Below are positions 1 through 10,264 of a stretch of DNA of 64,000 nt, one piece after another. Where the stretch lies: NCBI GenBank assembly GCA_049299895.1, contig JBAQYF010000019.1:71709-135708 (forward strand), written 5' to 3'. Both the position numbers and the translations under genes were made by a program. Source of the stretch: Candidatus Altiarchaeia archaeon. Its GTDB lineage: Archaea > Altiarchaeota > Altiarchaeia > IMC4 > QMZM01. Below the pieces are notes generated by a model. That model was not told the origin of the DNA. It did no database searches and saw only the letters and a list, made by a program, of their open reading frames with translations. The stretch's first letter is position 1. Each line of letters begins with the position of its first letter.

Positions 1-805
1 TCAGTATCTCCCAGGGGAGTTGGCGCATGAAGTGGAATATTCCCGTTGATTCCCACTGGTGTTCTCCGAAGGTCTCGTAGTCCATGAAAAGATTGATAGT
101 GTTTCCGCTGCCGTTCACGGCGTTGACCCATGAGGTGAATTTTTCGCTCGTAAGGGGCCATTCCTTCCATGAGCGCTCCGAGAACCTGAAGGCTATGTCG
201 TCCGATAGCTTGTAGTTCTTCAGGAGGAGTTTTATCTTCTTTGTTCCCTTTGGACGGTACAGATAGTTGGGGCTCCTCCAGCCCAGGACGCGGTCTGCGC
301 CTTCTGCGAGTATGCCCTTGTAGCCCATGTCTTCCACAGTGTGAGCAACCTGGTTGTTGTACACGAGTTCCGTATTCCTGAATACCTGGGGCGTGTAGTC
401 GAAGAGCTCTTTTATCATCTTCCTGTGCATCTGGACCTGTCTACGGAATTCCTTCCTGGAATAGAGGAAGGCCATAGAGTGGTAATATGTCTCATCGAGG
501 AGCTCCACTGCACCCGTATCGACAAGCCTGCGGAAGCTCTCGATCACTTCGGGGGTGTATTCCTGGAACTGCTGCAGCGCCGCTCCGCTTATGCTGTAAC
601 TGACCCGGAAGCGCCCGCCGGTCTTTTTTATGAGTTCGAGTATCATATGATTTGTCGGGAGGTAGCATTTGTCCGCAACCTTGCGCATGATGGAGCGGTT
701 CTTTTCATGGTCCCAGTAGTCGCTGTTATGCCCTATGTCAAACACAGGGTATTTTCTCATCCTGTAAGGCTGATGTACCTGGAAATAAAAACACACTGAC
801 ACCAT
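1..805 (-). CDS. Glycoside hydrolase family 57 (alpha-amylase / 4-alpha-glucanotransferase / branching-enzyme-like), N-terminal ~268 codons. The C-terminus runs off the left edge of the window.
   Basis: Manual minus-strand translation from the ATG at 803-805 gives MVSVCFYFQVHQPYR..., the GH57 N-terminal signature, with no stop before position 1. The listed + strand ORF 341-799 is its shadow. The gene sits directly downstream of the glycogen-synthase-like gene on the same strand. Confidence 0.65.
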   Translation of the reverse strand, partial: MVSVCFYFQVHQPYRMRKYPVFDIGHNSDYWDHEKNRSIMRKVADKCYLPTNHMILELIKKTGGRFRVSYSISGAALQQFQEYTPEVIESFRRLVDTGAVELLDETYYHSMAFLYSRKEFRRQVQMHRKMIKELFDYTPQVFRNTELVYNNQVAHTVEDMGYKGILAEGADRVLGWRSPNYLYRPKGTKKIKLLLKNYKLSDDIAFRFSERSWKEWPLTSEKFTSWVNAVNGSGNTINLFMDYETFGEHQWESTGIFHFMRQLPWEIL

Positions 806-811
806 TTTTTT

Positions 812-2119
812 CTAATTGGCCTCGATGATTGCTTTGTTATACGCATCTATGCACTTTTTAGCCGGGTGATCCCATGAGAAGCCCTTTATTTCTTCCAGTC
901 CCTCATTCATCAGAGACTCTTTTAGGGCGGGGTATTTTAGGACTGCAAGTATTTTGTTTGCCATCTCGTCGACGTCCCAGAAGTCGGCTATGAGACAATT
1001 CTTAACGACCTCGGACACCCCAGACTGCTTTGACACTACGACGGGGGTCTTGTTCTTCATGGACTCGAGGACCGTTAAACCGAAGGGCTCGGATATCGAG
1101 GACATCACATATACGTCCGCCATGCGATAGGCCTTGTCTACTGCCGCCCCGCTGACGTGGTCAGTGAATAAGACCTTGTCTCCTATGCCCATGTCGGCCG
1201 AAGCCTCGACCACCCGGGAGAACATGTCTCCGCTGCCGGACATAACGAACCTGACCTCGGAATCGACCTCGGATATCCTTTTAGCTATCTTCAGGAAGTG
1301 ATCCGGGCCCTTCTGGATGGTCATTCTGCCCAGGAACAATACTACAGGATGATGCTCCTTCAGATGACCCTCATCTACCCCGGCAACAGGCGCACAATCA
1401 TAGTCAATGGAGTTATGGACGACCCGTACCTTGTGGGGGTTTATGGCGTAGTTATTCACTACGATGTTCTTGGTGTAGTTGCTGACCGCAAGGATCGAAT
1501 TAGCCCGGTGGAGGCCTTCGTACTCTATATGGGAGACCCGCCCGTCAGGATGTCCTCCGGTGCGATCGAACTCGGTTGCATGAACATGTGCCACAAGGGG
1601 GGCCTTTATTCCGCGCTCCCTGGCAACCTTTAGAGCGGCCATCCCCGCAGGATAGGTAAGCCAGTCGTGGCAGTGGATGACGTCATATTCCTCTTCGGAT
1701 GCTATCTTCCTTGCTTCACGCGAGTAGCGGTAGACCTCGTGGAAGAGGTCTTTCCCGTAGAGGCTGTGCTTGATATTCAGAGTCGACAGATCAGTTTTAA
1801 CCTTGGAGGACATGTACTGCTTGAAGGGTGTCCCGGCATTTTCCTCCAGGTCCAGATAACGTAGTTCGTCTATATATGATTCGCTCGTTACATAAGGTTT
1901 CAGGAGGGAATTGACAGTCCGGAATTTGAGGTTCTTGAAGACCCCCCCGGCCGAGAGGATCTTAAGGTAGGTATGGTCCGGTGTATCACCTATTCTAGGC
2001 AGTACAAGGGTTATCTCTACTCCCTGCCGCGTGAGACCCTTTGTTAATCCGTAACAAGCGGTTCCCAACCCACCCGTGTTAAACGGAGGAAACTCCCAAC
2101 CGAACATTAATACACGCAT
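812..2119 (-). CDS. Glycosyltransferase (GT4/GT5 fold), archaeal glycogen-synthase-like
   Basis: 435-aa ORF. N-terminus MRVLMFGWEFPPFNTGGLGTA matches the K/NTGGLG motif of glycogen/starch synthases. It forms a same-strand pair with the GH57 gene. Confidence 0.7.
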   Translation of the reverse strand: MRVLMFGWEFPPFNTGGLGTACYGLTKGLTRQGVEITLVLPRIGDTPDHTYLKILSAGGVFKNLKFRTVNSLLKPYVTSESYIDELRYLDLEENAGTPFKQYMSSKVKTDLSTLNIKHSLYGKDLFHEVYRYSREARKIASEEEYDVIHCHDWLTYPAGMAALKVARERGIKAPLVAHVHATEFDRTGGHPDGRVSHIEYEGLHRANSILAVSNYTKNIVVNNYAINPHKVRVVHNSIDYDCAPVAGVDEGHLKEHHPVVLFLGRMTIQKGPDHFLKIAKRISEVDSEVRFVMSGSGDMFSRVVEASADMGIGDKVLFTDHVSGAAVDKAYRMADVYVMSSISEPFGLTVLESMKNKTPVVVSKQSGVSEVVKNCLIADFWDVDEMANKILAVLKYPALKESLMNEGLEEIKGFSWDHPAKKCIDAYNKAIIEAN

Positions 2120-2900
2120 TTGGATTCAGGTCTAATTATATTTAGAGATGAGAAGGATTTTATGACAAAGATAAATTTTTGAGGCATTTTTTTGAACAAA
2201 AAACAATTTATAGATATTAAAACATGAATATAACAAAACATTAATATTATGGAAACACCACTATATAAATATATGCCATCCAGAGAATAAAAGCAAAAAA
2301 TGTGATCTGGCAGGCAAAATGCCGCAAATGGGAAATGCAAAAATGCAGTATGCCTAAAATTGAATATATAAAATTCTTAGACCTTATTGACTTATATCAG
2401 ATAAATTATATTTTTTAAAGACATATAAAATATGAATATTGTATATCCATGTTTTTCAAAGACAATTAATGCTTTAATTGCTAAAATACGTATTATTACG
2501 AGTTTAAATCACTATTAAAAGTTTATTAATACTTCTTTTTCTTTAATAAATATTAATATTATTTTTTTTGCTAAATTTAATTAAAATTTTAATTATAATA
2601 GATTTTTAAATAATTTAATTATTAAAATAGGCTTTTAAAATAAGAATTATTATTCAAAATGAGTTTATAGTTATATTTTACTTTTTTTTATTTAAAATGT
2701 CGTGTAATTTACTTTTTATTTACTTTATCAAATGAATTAATAGATTAAATAAGTTTCTAAAGATTAATCTTACTCCGTTTATCATTTTAAGCATTTTCAA
2801 GTCAAAAACCGCTTAAAACCATTTTTCTTATTTTTCCCCGGCTCTCTAGGACAAGAGCTTTTAAACCGCATCCACAACAATCCTATTCCGGAAAAACAAA
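2120..2900. other. Candidate replication origin (oriC): extremely AT-rich spacer between divergent genes, upstream of orc1/cdc6
   Basis: About 780 bp at well under 25% GC, with no credible ORF. Long A/T runs act as a possible DNA unwinding element. Short repeated words occur (AAATGC x4 at about 2310-2350; TGGAAACACCACT at about 2252). The position immediately 5' of orc1/cdc6 is the usual archaeal origin context. No canonical ORB box was confidently identified. Confidence 0.45.
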
Positions 2901-3123
2901 AAAAATAGGTGATCCACATGATATACCCAACAGTGAAGGAATGCTTGGATGCTTGCAGCAAAACAGGAGTGCTTAAGGTAGAAGGCTTGAGAAACGATGA
3001 ATACGTCCTGAAGGGTGCGGGCTTTACGCCCAGGTACTCAAGGGGCCCGGATAAATTGCCGGTCTCAAGGACACTGGCTAAATCAGCCGTCTTTTTTTCT
3101 CTGGTTCCCATAGTAATACTGCT

Positions 3124-4203
3124 ATGAAACCAGGAGACATCTTAATGGACGGGGAAACCCTCTTCCAGAACGAGAGCGTATTCACCCCTGCATACGTACC
3201 CAAGGACTTCATACACAGAGACTCTGAACTAGGGGAGATAATGCTTGCCTTAAAGCCGGGCCTACGGGGGGTTGCCCCGGTAAATGCCCTGGTCTATGGC
3301 CCCCCCGGAACAGGCAAGACCTCAGCGGTAAAATACGCCTTCGAGGAACTGAAACAGGCAAGTAAGAAGCTTTTGCCGGTATACATAAACTGCGAGGACA
3401 ACTCCACCCCTTATGCCATATTCGCAAAAATTTACGAAGCAGTCTACGGACTCTCCCCCCCAAGCACTGGAAAGCCCATAGAAGACGTAAAAGAGAGGGT
3501 GTTCTCCAGGCTGAAAAAAGAGGACAGAAGTCTTGTAGTAGCACTGGACGAACTAGACCGCCTGGCAGCCGACAGAACCATCGACAGGGTCCTTGTGGAT
3601 TTTCTAAAGGCCCATTCCACGTATGGATATGACAAAATAGGAATCATCGGCATAACCATCAAAGAAGACCTCCTTGCGGGCCTCGACGAAAAAACCCGAA
3701 GCGTATACAACCCCACGAGAATACTATTCCAGAGATACAAGAAGAACGAGATAAAAGACATCCTTGGAAACAGGGCAAGACACGGGTTCTACGACGGAGC
3801 CCTCAGTGACGGCCTGCTTACATACATCGCTGACAAGACCTATGACTCGGGAGACCTGCGCACGGGAATAGACCTCATGAGGAGAAGCGGCCTGCTCGCA
3901 GAAAAAGAGGCAGTCAGGGAGATAACAAAAGAACACGTAGAAAAAGCCCTCGGAAACCTCCCCCGGGAGCGCATACAAGAGGCTGAGGAAAAGCTCCTGG
4001 AAGAGGATAAAAGCCTGCTTGAAAGAATAAAGAAAAAAGAGTCCTGGACCTCGGGAGACCTCTACAAAAACCTGCACACAGAGAAAGAATGCTCCACCAG
4101 GAAATACAACGAGATACTCGCAAAACTGGAGAAGATGAAACTGATCACGACAGAATACCGCACAGGCATCCGCGGACGGAGCAGGGAAATAAAGGCTCTG
4201 TAA
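3124..4203 (+). CDS. cdc6: Orc1/Cdc6 replication initiator (AAA+ ATPase with C-terminal winged helix)
   Basis: Walker A GPPGTGKTS is present. LVVALDELD is Walker B-like. The overall Orc1/Cdc6 architecture is evident over 359 aa. The start could instead be the in-frame ATG at 3145. Confidence 0.9.
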   Translation: MKPGDILMDGETLFQNESVFTPAYVPKDFIHRDSELGEIMLALKPGLRGVAPVNALVYGPPGTGKTSAVKYAFEELKQASKKLLPVYINCEDNSTPYAIFAKIYEAVYGLSPPSTGKPIEDVKERVFSRLKKEDRSLVVALDELDRLAADRTIDRVLVDFLKAHSTYGYDKIGIIGITIKEDLLAGLDEKTRSVYNPTRILFQRYKKNEIKDILGNRARHGFYDGALSDGLLTYIADKTYDSGDLRTGIDLMRRSGLLAEKEAVREITKEHVEKALGNLPRERIQEAEEKLLEEDKSLLERIKKKESWTSGDLYKNLHTEKECSTRKYNEILAKLEKMKLITTEYRTGIRGRSREIKAL

Positions 4204-4762
4204 ATTAACAGACAAAAACCCCCGCTACCACTCAAAACCCCCATTACCCGGCCTTTCCTGCTTCAGCCATAAAACAGGTTATCCCGCTATGAACACGCCA
4301 AAGACAGCATACCCAAGGTTCTTCTAGACCCAATTTACCACGTAATCTCCAATATAAAGTCGCAGTATGCACCTATGCAGGATGCGATCACATCCACTAA
4401 TAGTGCTTGTTCCCTGCGCCGGAACATATGAAGACATGATCCGGGTGCGATTATTCTGCGGATGCGAGGCGGCCTTGTATCCGGGATCGGTTGCCTGTTT
4501 TACGCCCGGATTTTTTTATCGGGATCCGGATCGTCCATGAGTACGTCGAGGCTCTCCTGCACGAGCGGCAATAATTTCTTCCCTTCAGCGGTCGAAGCAT
4601 ACGTCTTCCTGTCCGGCTTCCCGCCTCCGGGAGTGCTCCCATGAGCATTCAATGAAACCGGGGCCCCGGGAAAAGCCCCTTTTATTCCTGTAATGAGCTT
4701 ATTTAATAAAACATTCATATAGCATTTATATAAACCGCAACTGGACCAGGCCTTTTTCAGGG

Positions 4763-7336
4763 GTGAAGAACATGCCGAAAGACTCGGAGTACAAAGCGCA
4801 GAAGACGGACTACGACTACCTGGGAGCGTCAAAGGAAGTCCTCTTCATCCGCTTCGGTACCTCGGAAAAAGGCCTCTCCGATGCAAGAGCAGAGCGCCGC
4901 CTCAGGGACTACGGCCCAAACGACGTCTCAAGCAGGAAGAATGCGAGCATATTATTCCAGTTCGTCTCCAAGGCCGCAGACCCGCTCGTAGTGGTCCTCC
5001 TCGCGATAGCCGCTATCTCCCTTTTCTTCGGCGAAAAGATCAACGCAGTATTCGTCTCCGCGATGGCTGCAATAAGCGTCGTCATATCATTTGTCCAGGA
5101 ATACCGCGCAGGAAGAGAAGCAGAGAAACTGAAAGAGATGGTTCACACCAGCGCGGAAGTCTGCAGAGGAGGGGAATTAAAGGAAAAGGACATATGGAGG
5201 ATAGTCCCCGGGGACATAATCGAACTGTCGGCAGGAGACATGGTTCCCGCAGACGTGAGGCTCATCTCCTCAAAGGACCTGTTCATCGACCAGTCCACCC
5301 TGACAGGGGAATCGTTCCCAGTGGAAAAGAACTCCAAGCCCGTGAAAACAGGAGGAACCATTCTCTCGGCACATACGAACGTCGCATTCATGGGCTCTTC
5401 CATAGTAAGCGGAACCGCAACAGGCATAGTCATCCGGACCGGGAGATACACCGAATTCGGAAAAATATCGGAACGCCTCGCAAGAAAAACCCCCGAGACG
5501 AGCTTTGACCGGGGCATAAAGGCATTCACCTGGTTCATGATAAGATCCATGCTCCTCCTGGTAGTGGCGGTGTTCGCCATAAACTCCGCCTTGAAAGGAG
5601 ACTACGTCGAAGCACTCCTCTTCTCCCTTGCAGTCGCGGTAGGCCTGACGCCCGAGATGCTCCCGATGCTCGTAACAGTGAACCTGTCCAAGGGAGCGCT
5701 GTCGATGGCAAAAAAGAAGGTCATAGTAAAGCGCCTGCACTCCATCCAGAACTTCGGAGCAATGGATACCCTCTGCACCGACAAAACAGGCACGCTCACA
5801 TTAAACGAGATAGTCCTTGAAAAACACGTAGACGTCCTCGGAAACGAGAACGAAGACGTCCTAAGATACGCATACATAAACAGCTTCTACCAGACGGGCC
5901 TAAAGAACCTGCTGGACATGGCCATCCTAAAACACCAAAAACTGCTTATAAAAGAATTCAACAAAATAGACGAGATACCCTACGACTTTGAAAGAAAATT
6001 AATGTCCGTCGTCGTGGAAAGCGAAGAACGCCGCGCCATAATAACAAAGGGCGCAGACGAGGAGATATTCAAAAGATGCAACAGGTACATCCTCGAAGGA
6101 GAGATAAAAAAGACAGACCCTGAAATGCTCAAACGCTTCAGGGAAGAAGTAGACAAACTGCAACTGGAAGGATTCCGGGTGCTTGCAGTCGCATACAAAG
6201 ACATAGAAACAAAGGGCCAATACTGCAAGACAGACGAAAGCAACCTGATACTAAAGGGATACGTCTCGTTCCTCGACCCGCCGAAACCGGATGCGGCAAA
6301 CGCGATAGAAGCACTAAAAAAAAGAGGCATAGACACGATAGTACTGACGGGCGACAACGAACTGGTCACAAAAAAGATATGCGGAGACGTAGGCCTCGAC
6401 GTAAAAGAGATAATAACCGGGGACAGGATAGAAAAAGCAAGCGAACAAGAACTCAGGGAACTGGTAAAAAAATCGAAAGTATTCGCAAGGCTCAGCCCGA
6501 TACAGAAAGAGAAGATAATAAAAGCCCTCCAGAAAAACGGCTGCGTAGTAGGATACCTCGGAGACGGCATAAACGACGCACCAAGCCTCAAAGCGGCAGA
6601 CGTGGGAATATCGGTGAACAACGCAGTGGACGTAGCAAAAGAATCCGCGGACATGATACTACTAGAAAAAAACCTCATGGTCCTCGAAGACGGAGTAATA
6701 GAAGGAAGAAAGACCTTCGGAAACATCCTCAAATACCTCAAGATGAGCTCTTCCTCCAACTACGGCAACATGTTCTCCATGATAGGCGCAAGCATATTCC
6801 TACCATTCCTCCCGATGACGCCGCTACAGATACTACTCAACAACTTCCTCTACGACACATCCCAGATAGCAATCCCGACAGACGAAGTAGACCCAGAATA
6901 CATAAACAGACCAAGACCGTGGAACGTAGGATACGTAAAAAAATACATGCTCACACTCGGCCCCATAAGCAGCATATTCGACTACGCAACATTCGCCGCA
7001 ATGTGGTTCATACTACAGGCGAACACATCATCCCAACAGGCACTCTTCCACACAGGATGGTTCATAGAATCACTCTGCACCCAAACACTCGTAGTATACA
7101 TAATAAGAACAGGAAAAAACCCGCTCAAAAGCACGCCAAGCAGATCGCTCATGCTAATGTCGGCAACAGTCATGGGAATAGCACTCATACTTCCATACAC
7201 GCCGCTAGCAGAACCATTCGGACTCGTCCCCATGCCGCAGGAATACTACATAATACTCGCAGCACTGACCGCAGCATACCTGCTCCTCGTGCAGGAGGTA
7301 AAGAACTGGTTCATAAAGAAATACGGATACGAATGA
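4763..7336 (+). CDS. P-type cation-transporting ATPase, MgtA-like (type IIIB)
   Basis: 857 aa. DKTGTLT phosphorylation motif. GDGINDAPSL hinge motif. N-terminal GLS..AE.RL..YGPN cation-ATPase-N segment. Ten predicted TM segments. A 560 bp upstream leader is present. Confidence 0.85.
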   Translation: MKNMPKDSEYKAQKTDYDYLGASKEVLFIRFGTSEKGLSDARAERRLRDYGPNDVSSRKNASILFQFVSKAADPLVVVLLAIAAISLFFGEKINAVFVSAMAAISVVISFVQEYRAGREAEKLKEMVHTSAEVCRGGELKEKDIWRIVPGDIIELSAGDMVPADVRLISSKDLFIDQSTLTGESFPVEKNSKPVKTGGTILSAHTNVAFMGSSIVSGTATGIVIRTGRYTEFGKISERLARKTPETSFDRGIKAFTWFMIRSMLLLVVAVFAINSALKGDYVEALLFSLAVAVGLTPEMLPMLVTVNLSKGALSMAKKKVIVKRLHSIQNFGAMDTLCTDKTGTLTLNEIVLEKHVDVLGNENEDVLRYAYINSFYQTGLKNLLDMAILKHQKLLIKEFNKIDEIPYDFERKLMSVVVESEERRAIITKGADEEIFKRCNRYILEGEIKKTDPEMLKRFREEVDKLQLEGFRVLAVAYKDIETKGQYCKTDESNLILKGYVSFLDPPKPDAANAIEALKKRGIDTIVLTGDNELVTKKICGDVGLDVKEIITGDRIEKASEQELRELVKKSKVFARLSPIQKEKIIKALQKNGCVVGYLGDGINDAPSLKAADVGISVNNAVDVAKESADMILLEKNLMVLEDGVIEGRKTFGNILKYLKMSSSSNYGNMFSMIGASIFLPFLPMTPLQILLNNFLYDTSQIAIPTDEVDPEYINRPRPWNVGYVKKYMLTLGPISSIFDYATFAAMWFILQANTSSQQALFHTGWFIESLCTQTLVVYIIRTGKNPLKSTPSRSLMLMSATVMGIALILPYTPLAEPFGLVPMPQEYYIILAALTAAYLLLVQEVKNWFIKKYGYE

Positions 7337-7794
7337 GCATGCACCGTTGGGCGCACCCCGGGGAAAGAAACCGCATACTCTTCGCTAGCGGCTCAGACGA
7401 CACAAAGCTATCAGACGCCGTCAAGGGGGCTCCTAACGTTCTTTATCAGTTGAGCAGATAGTCTCCTGCAATCCCCATCCAAACATATCCCCGGGGGAAT
7501 ACAAAACCACCTGCAGGAGAAAAGATGATAATATTGCCGTAGACACCCGGCTTCTGAGACAGATAAACGGTTCCGATGCCTGCGCAGGCCAAAATAGGAT
7601 CAACAAACAAAACGTTCCAGCCGGAATAAAAATTGCTGCTGACGCTTAATTGACCATTTCATACAATAAATATTCCCCCCCCCGGATGCAAACAAAGAAA
7701 CTCAGACGCCAAATACCAGAGTCAAACAAGACAGGCATCCAATAAACCCTTTTCTTAGCGCGGATGAACTAGATTCGCCTATGCGCATGCGCAT

Positions 7795-8058
7795 TCATCC
7801 GGGGGTTTTGTGGCTTATTTTCATTGCTGCAAGAATGAGGGATAATCCGATCAATCCTTCGGCGAGTTTTATTGCAAGAAGCGTTCCTGCCGAATACTCT
7901 GACAACTCCCGTATACACAGCCGGTATGCTTCCGGGGCATATTCCAGGCCCCACAGCATATACGTTTTACCCAGGGCCAGCGCCAAAACAGAATCCAGGA
8001 TAAGGAATGATCCAAGGAACAAAAGGACCCATTTGATATTCTTTGAGGAATCAGCCAC
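7795..8058 (-). CDS. Small membrane protein, two TM helices, hypothetical
   Basis: 87-aa ORF with two clear hydrophobic helices. It lies directly downstream of the DsbA-like gene on the same strand. No recognisable family. Confidence 0.3.
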   Translation of the reverse strand: MADSSKNIKWVLLFLGSFLILDSVLALALGKTYMLWGLEYAPEAYRLCIRELSEYSAGTLLAIKLAEGLIGLSLILAAMKISHKTPG

Positions 8059-8120
8059 TTTTTACTTCCCGGGCATAAAAACATATGAAAAGAAAAGAAA
8101 GAAAAGAAAAAGACCCGGGC

Positions 8121-9386
8121 TCAGCATGAGCCTGCAGATAGTCCGCCGGTGGACGAGTTTAGCACGACGTCGCATCCCGAGAGGCCGGCGTTATATTTGC
8201 AGAGGTTCGTCTTCACGGTCTCGGAATCTATTCCCCCGAACTCGTAGCGGTTGTTTGCAAGCCACGTAGGCGATCCGCTTATGCCCAGGGAGTCTGCTAT
8301 CTTGATATCGGCACTGAGGAGCTCTTTTCCTTTGGTTCCGTTGACGCATTTCTCTATGGTCTTTATTGCTACGCTGCTTATCCCGGAGTCTTCTGCACAT
8401 GTGTGCCAGTCTATTCCTTTTACTCCGTTGGTCGACCTGCAGAATAGATAGTCCAGGAGTTCGTCTGGGCTGTATGCTTTTACGCATAGCTGCACTATGT
8501 CTTCGTCGACTTCATATTGCCCGTGCAGGCTGCTGAATGCTCCATTCGCTTCGCTTGCTATGTAGTGGACGTCCCATGCTAGGGAGTCGCCGAAATTGTC
8601 AACGACAGGCTTCAAGGCCTGGATAGCCTGCCTTCCGTAGGGGCAGTCCGCCATTATGAAGACCTGTATGTCGTTCTTTTTCTCGGGTCTGCATTCGATC
8701 TTGCTTGCGCATTTGACGCAGTCTATCGTTCCGTCATCCTTGTAGCATGCTGGCTCGTACTGTGCGCCTATCCTCAGGGACTGGTATTTGCCGGCGGCTT
8801 CAAGGTAGTCTGATATGTCGGAGTATCCTGCGGCTGTTTTAGCGTCCTCCGAGAACAAAATGGCCGGCAGGTATTTTAATTGAGCGTCAGAGAATAATTT
8901 CGTTCCTTCCGTTGTGCTGTAATCCACGGTCGTTACGGTCAGCCCGGGGAAAACGTCCAGCAACTGGGTTATCACATCATCCACGAAAACACATTCTTCA
9001 CAGCGCTTGTCGGAGAGGACGATGACGTTGACCTTCTGGGCTGCCGAGGCTAATGTTGTAGTGGCGGCTGCCTTTTGCCCGGTAGTCGTTACAACTGAGA
9101 GGGGCATAGTAGTCGGGTTCTTGTCGGATGATCCGTTGGAGGGTATAATGCCGGCATTTTTCAGGGAGGTTATCTTTCCGCTCAGATTGTTTATCAGGAC
9201 TATCGAGTAGACGTTCAGGAGCAGTATCAGCACGGCCAGGCCGATTACGACGTATTGCATCGTATTATGGGAGACTTCTTTCGCATCATTTCTTCCGGTG
9301 GCTTCTTCCACGACCTGATCAAAGTTATTATCGTTCGAGATATCATCATTCATGTTTTTCTTCCTGTGCTTTGTTTCTTCATCCAT
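8121..9386 (-). CDS. Membrane-anchored thioredoxin-fold protein, DsbA-like thiol:disulfide oxidoreductase
   Basis: N-terminal TM anchor. CEEC (CxxC) motif. A second Trx-like half containing CPYG. C-terminal G.SGSPTW..N segment typical of DsbA family proteins. Confidence 0.5.
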   Translation of the reverse strand: MDEETKHRKKNMNDDISNDNNFDQVVEEATGRNDAKEVSHNTMQYVVIGLAVLILLLNVYSIVLINNLSGKITSLKNAGIIPSNGSSDKNPTTMPLSVVTTTGQKAAATTTLASAAQKVNVIVLSDKRCEECVFVDDVITQLLDVFPGLTVTTVDYSTTEGTKLFSDAQLKYLPAILFSEDAKTAAGYSDISDYLEAAGKYQSLRIGAQYEPACYKDDGTIDCVKCASKIECRPEKKNDIQVFIMADCPYGRQAIQALKPVVDNFGDSLAWDVHYIASEANGAFSSLHGQYEVDEDIVQLCVKAYSPDELLDYLFCRSTNGVKGIDWHTCAEDSGISSVAIKTIEKCVNGTKGKELLSADIKIADSLGISGSPTWLANNRYEFGGIDSETVKTNLCKYNAGLSGCDVVLNSSTGGLSAGSC

Positions 9387-9619
9387 TTTTCAGGCCTCAC
9401 ATCAACCCATTAAGAATATACTATACATTTGCTTCAAAAAAGCAATAAAGTTTAATAAAATTAAGGAACAGGGAATAAAATATGGGAATCCACGGGTCTC
9501 TTACATGATTATCCGGTATAGAAGGCATTTTTCCCGGGGACCAACGCATGGGAACCGTCCGGCCAATTTTTTAGGTGCGCCTAACATTTTTATAGGCGTA
9601 GGGCTAATTAGTTATCACT

Positions 9620-10264
9620 ATGCAAAGCGAGAATCGGGAGGAATACCTGGAAGCAATATACGGCCTTTTGGAGGAGGGATACGAGGTCTCTCCCACCAGG
9701 ATAGCAAGGAAGCTAGGCATTAATCCGTCGAGCGTTTCCGAGATGCTGAAAAAACTGGACGCCGAGGGCTTCGTGTTATGGAAGCCTTATGGGAACGTCG
9801 AACTGACGAAGAAAGGCTTCAAGAAGGCCTCGGGGATGAAGAGGAAGCACCGTCTCCTGGAAAGGTTCCTCTACGACGTACTCAAGATAGAGATCGGAAA
9901 AGTCCACGAACAGGCCTGCCGCATGGAGCACTCGCTCTCGGATGAAGCCGCCGAGGCGCTGTCAAAGTTCATGAACCACCCGGCGAAATGCCCGGACGAC
10001 AACAAGAGGATCCCGAAGGGAACGGAGCCAGAATCCCTGAGAACGCTTACGGACCTCAAGCAGGGGGAGACTGCATCCATCGTCTTCCTGGAAGGAGGAG
10101 ACGAGTTCAAGAACAGGATACGCTCGGTCGGAGTGGTGGAAGGAAAAATGGCAAAGGTAGTCGCAAAAGAACCCTTCGGAGGGCCCCTTGTGATAAAGGT
10201 CGGGAGCACGCAGATAACCCTCGGGAGGGGCATGGCATCCAAGGTGAGGGTGGTTGCAGGATGA
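9620..10264 (+). CDS. DtxR-family metal-dependent transcriptional repressor with C-terminal FeoA (SH3-like) domain
   Basis: N-terminal HTH (EEYLEAIYGLLEEGYEVSPTRIARKLGINPSSVSEMLKKL) is typical of DtxR/MntR. A C-terminal FeoA-like segment is present. The stop overlaps the feoB start in ATGA. Confidence 0.75.
   Translation: MQSENREEYLEAIYGLLEEGYEVSPTRIARKLGINPSSVSEMLKKLDAEGFVLWKPYGNVELTKKGFKKASGMKRKHRLLERFLYDVLKIEIGKVHEQACRMEHSLSDEAAEALSKFMNHPAKCPDDNKRIPKGTEPESLRTLTDLKQGETASIVFLEGGDEFKNRIRSVGVVEGKMAKVVAKEPFGGPLVIKVGSTQITLGRGMASKVRVVAG

Noticed and set aside
341-799. 152-aa + strand ORF
   Set aside because: It lies entirely inside the minus-strand GH57 gene, which has a clean family signature. 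It has no recognisable features and is an opposite-strand shadow.
5143-7461. Several long ORFs inside or overlapping the P-type ATPase gene (5143-5580, 5270-5740, 5980-6759, 6379-7461)
   Set aside because: They are Arg/Ser/Pro-rich and low in complexity. All overlap the well-supported 857-aa ATPase in alternative frames.
7337-7794. About 450 bp non-coding stretch after the ATPase gene, checked for RNase P or SRP RNA-like motifs
   Set aside because: No conserved P4/GGAAAGUCCGGGC or SRP domain IV motifs were recognised. The small ORFs 7769-7954 and 7781-8269 are low-complexity.
9988-10260. Upstream 91 codons of the ORF reported as 9988-11958
   Set aside because: This part overlaps the DtxR-FeoA gene in another frame and has no G-domain features. 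FeoB clearly begins at MKILLIGNPNVGKS (10261).
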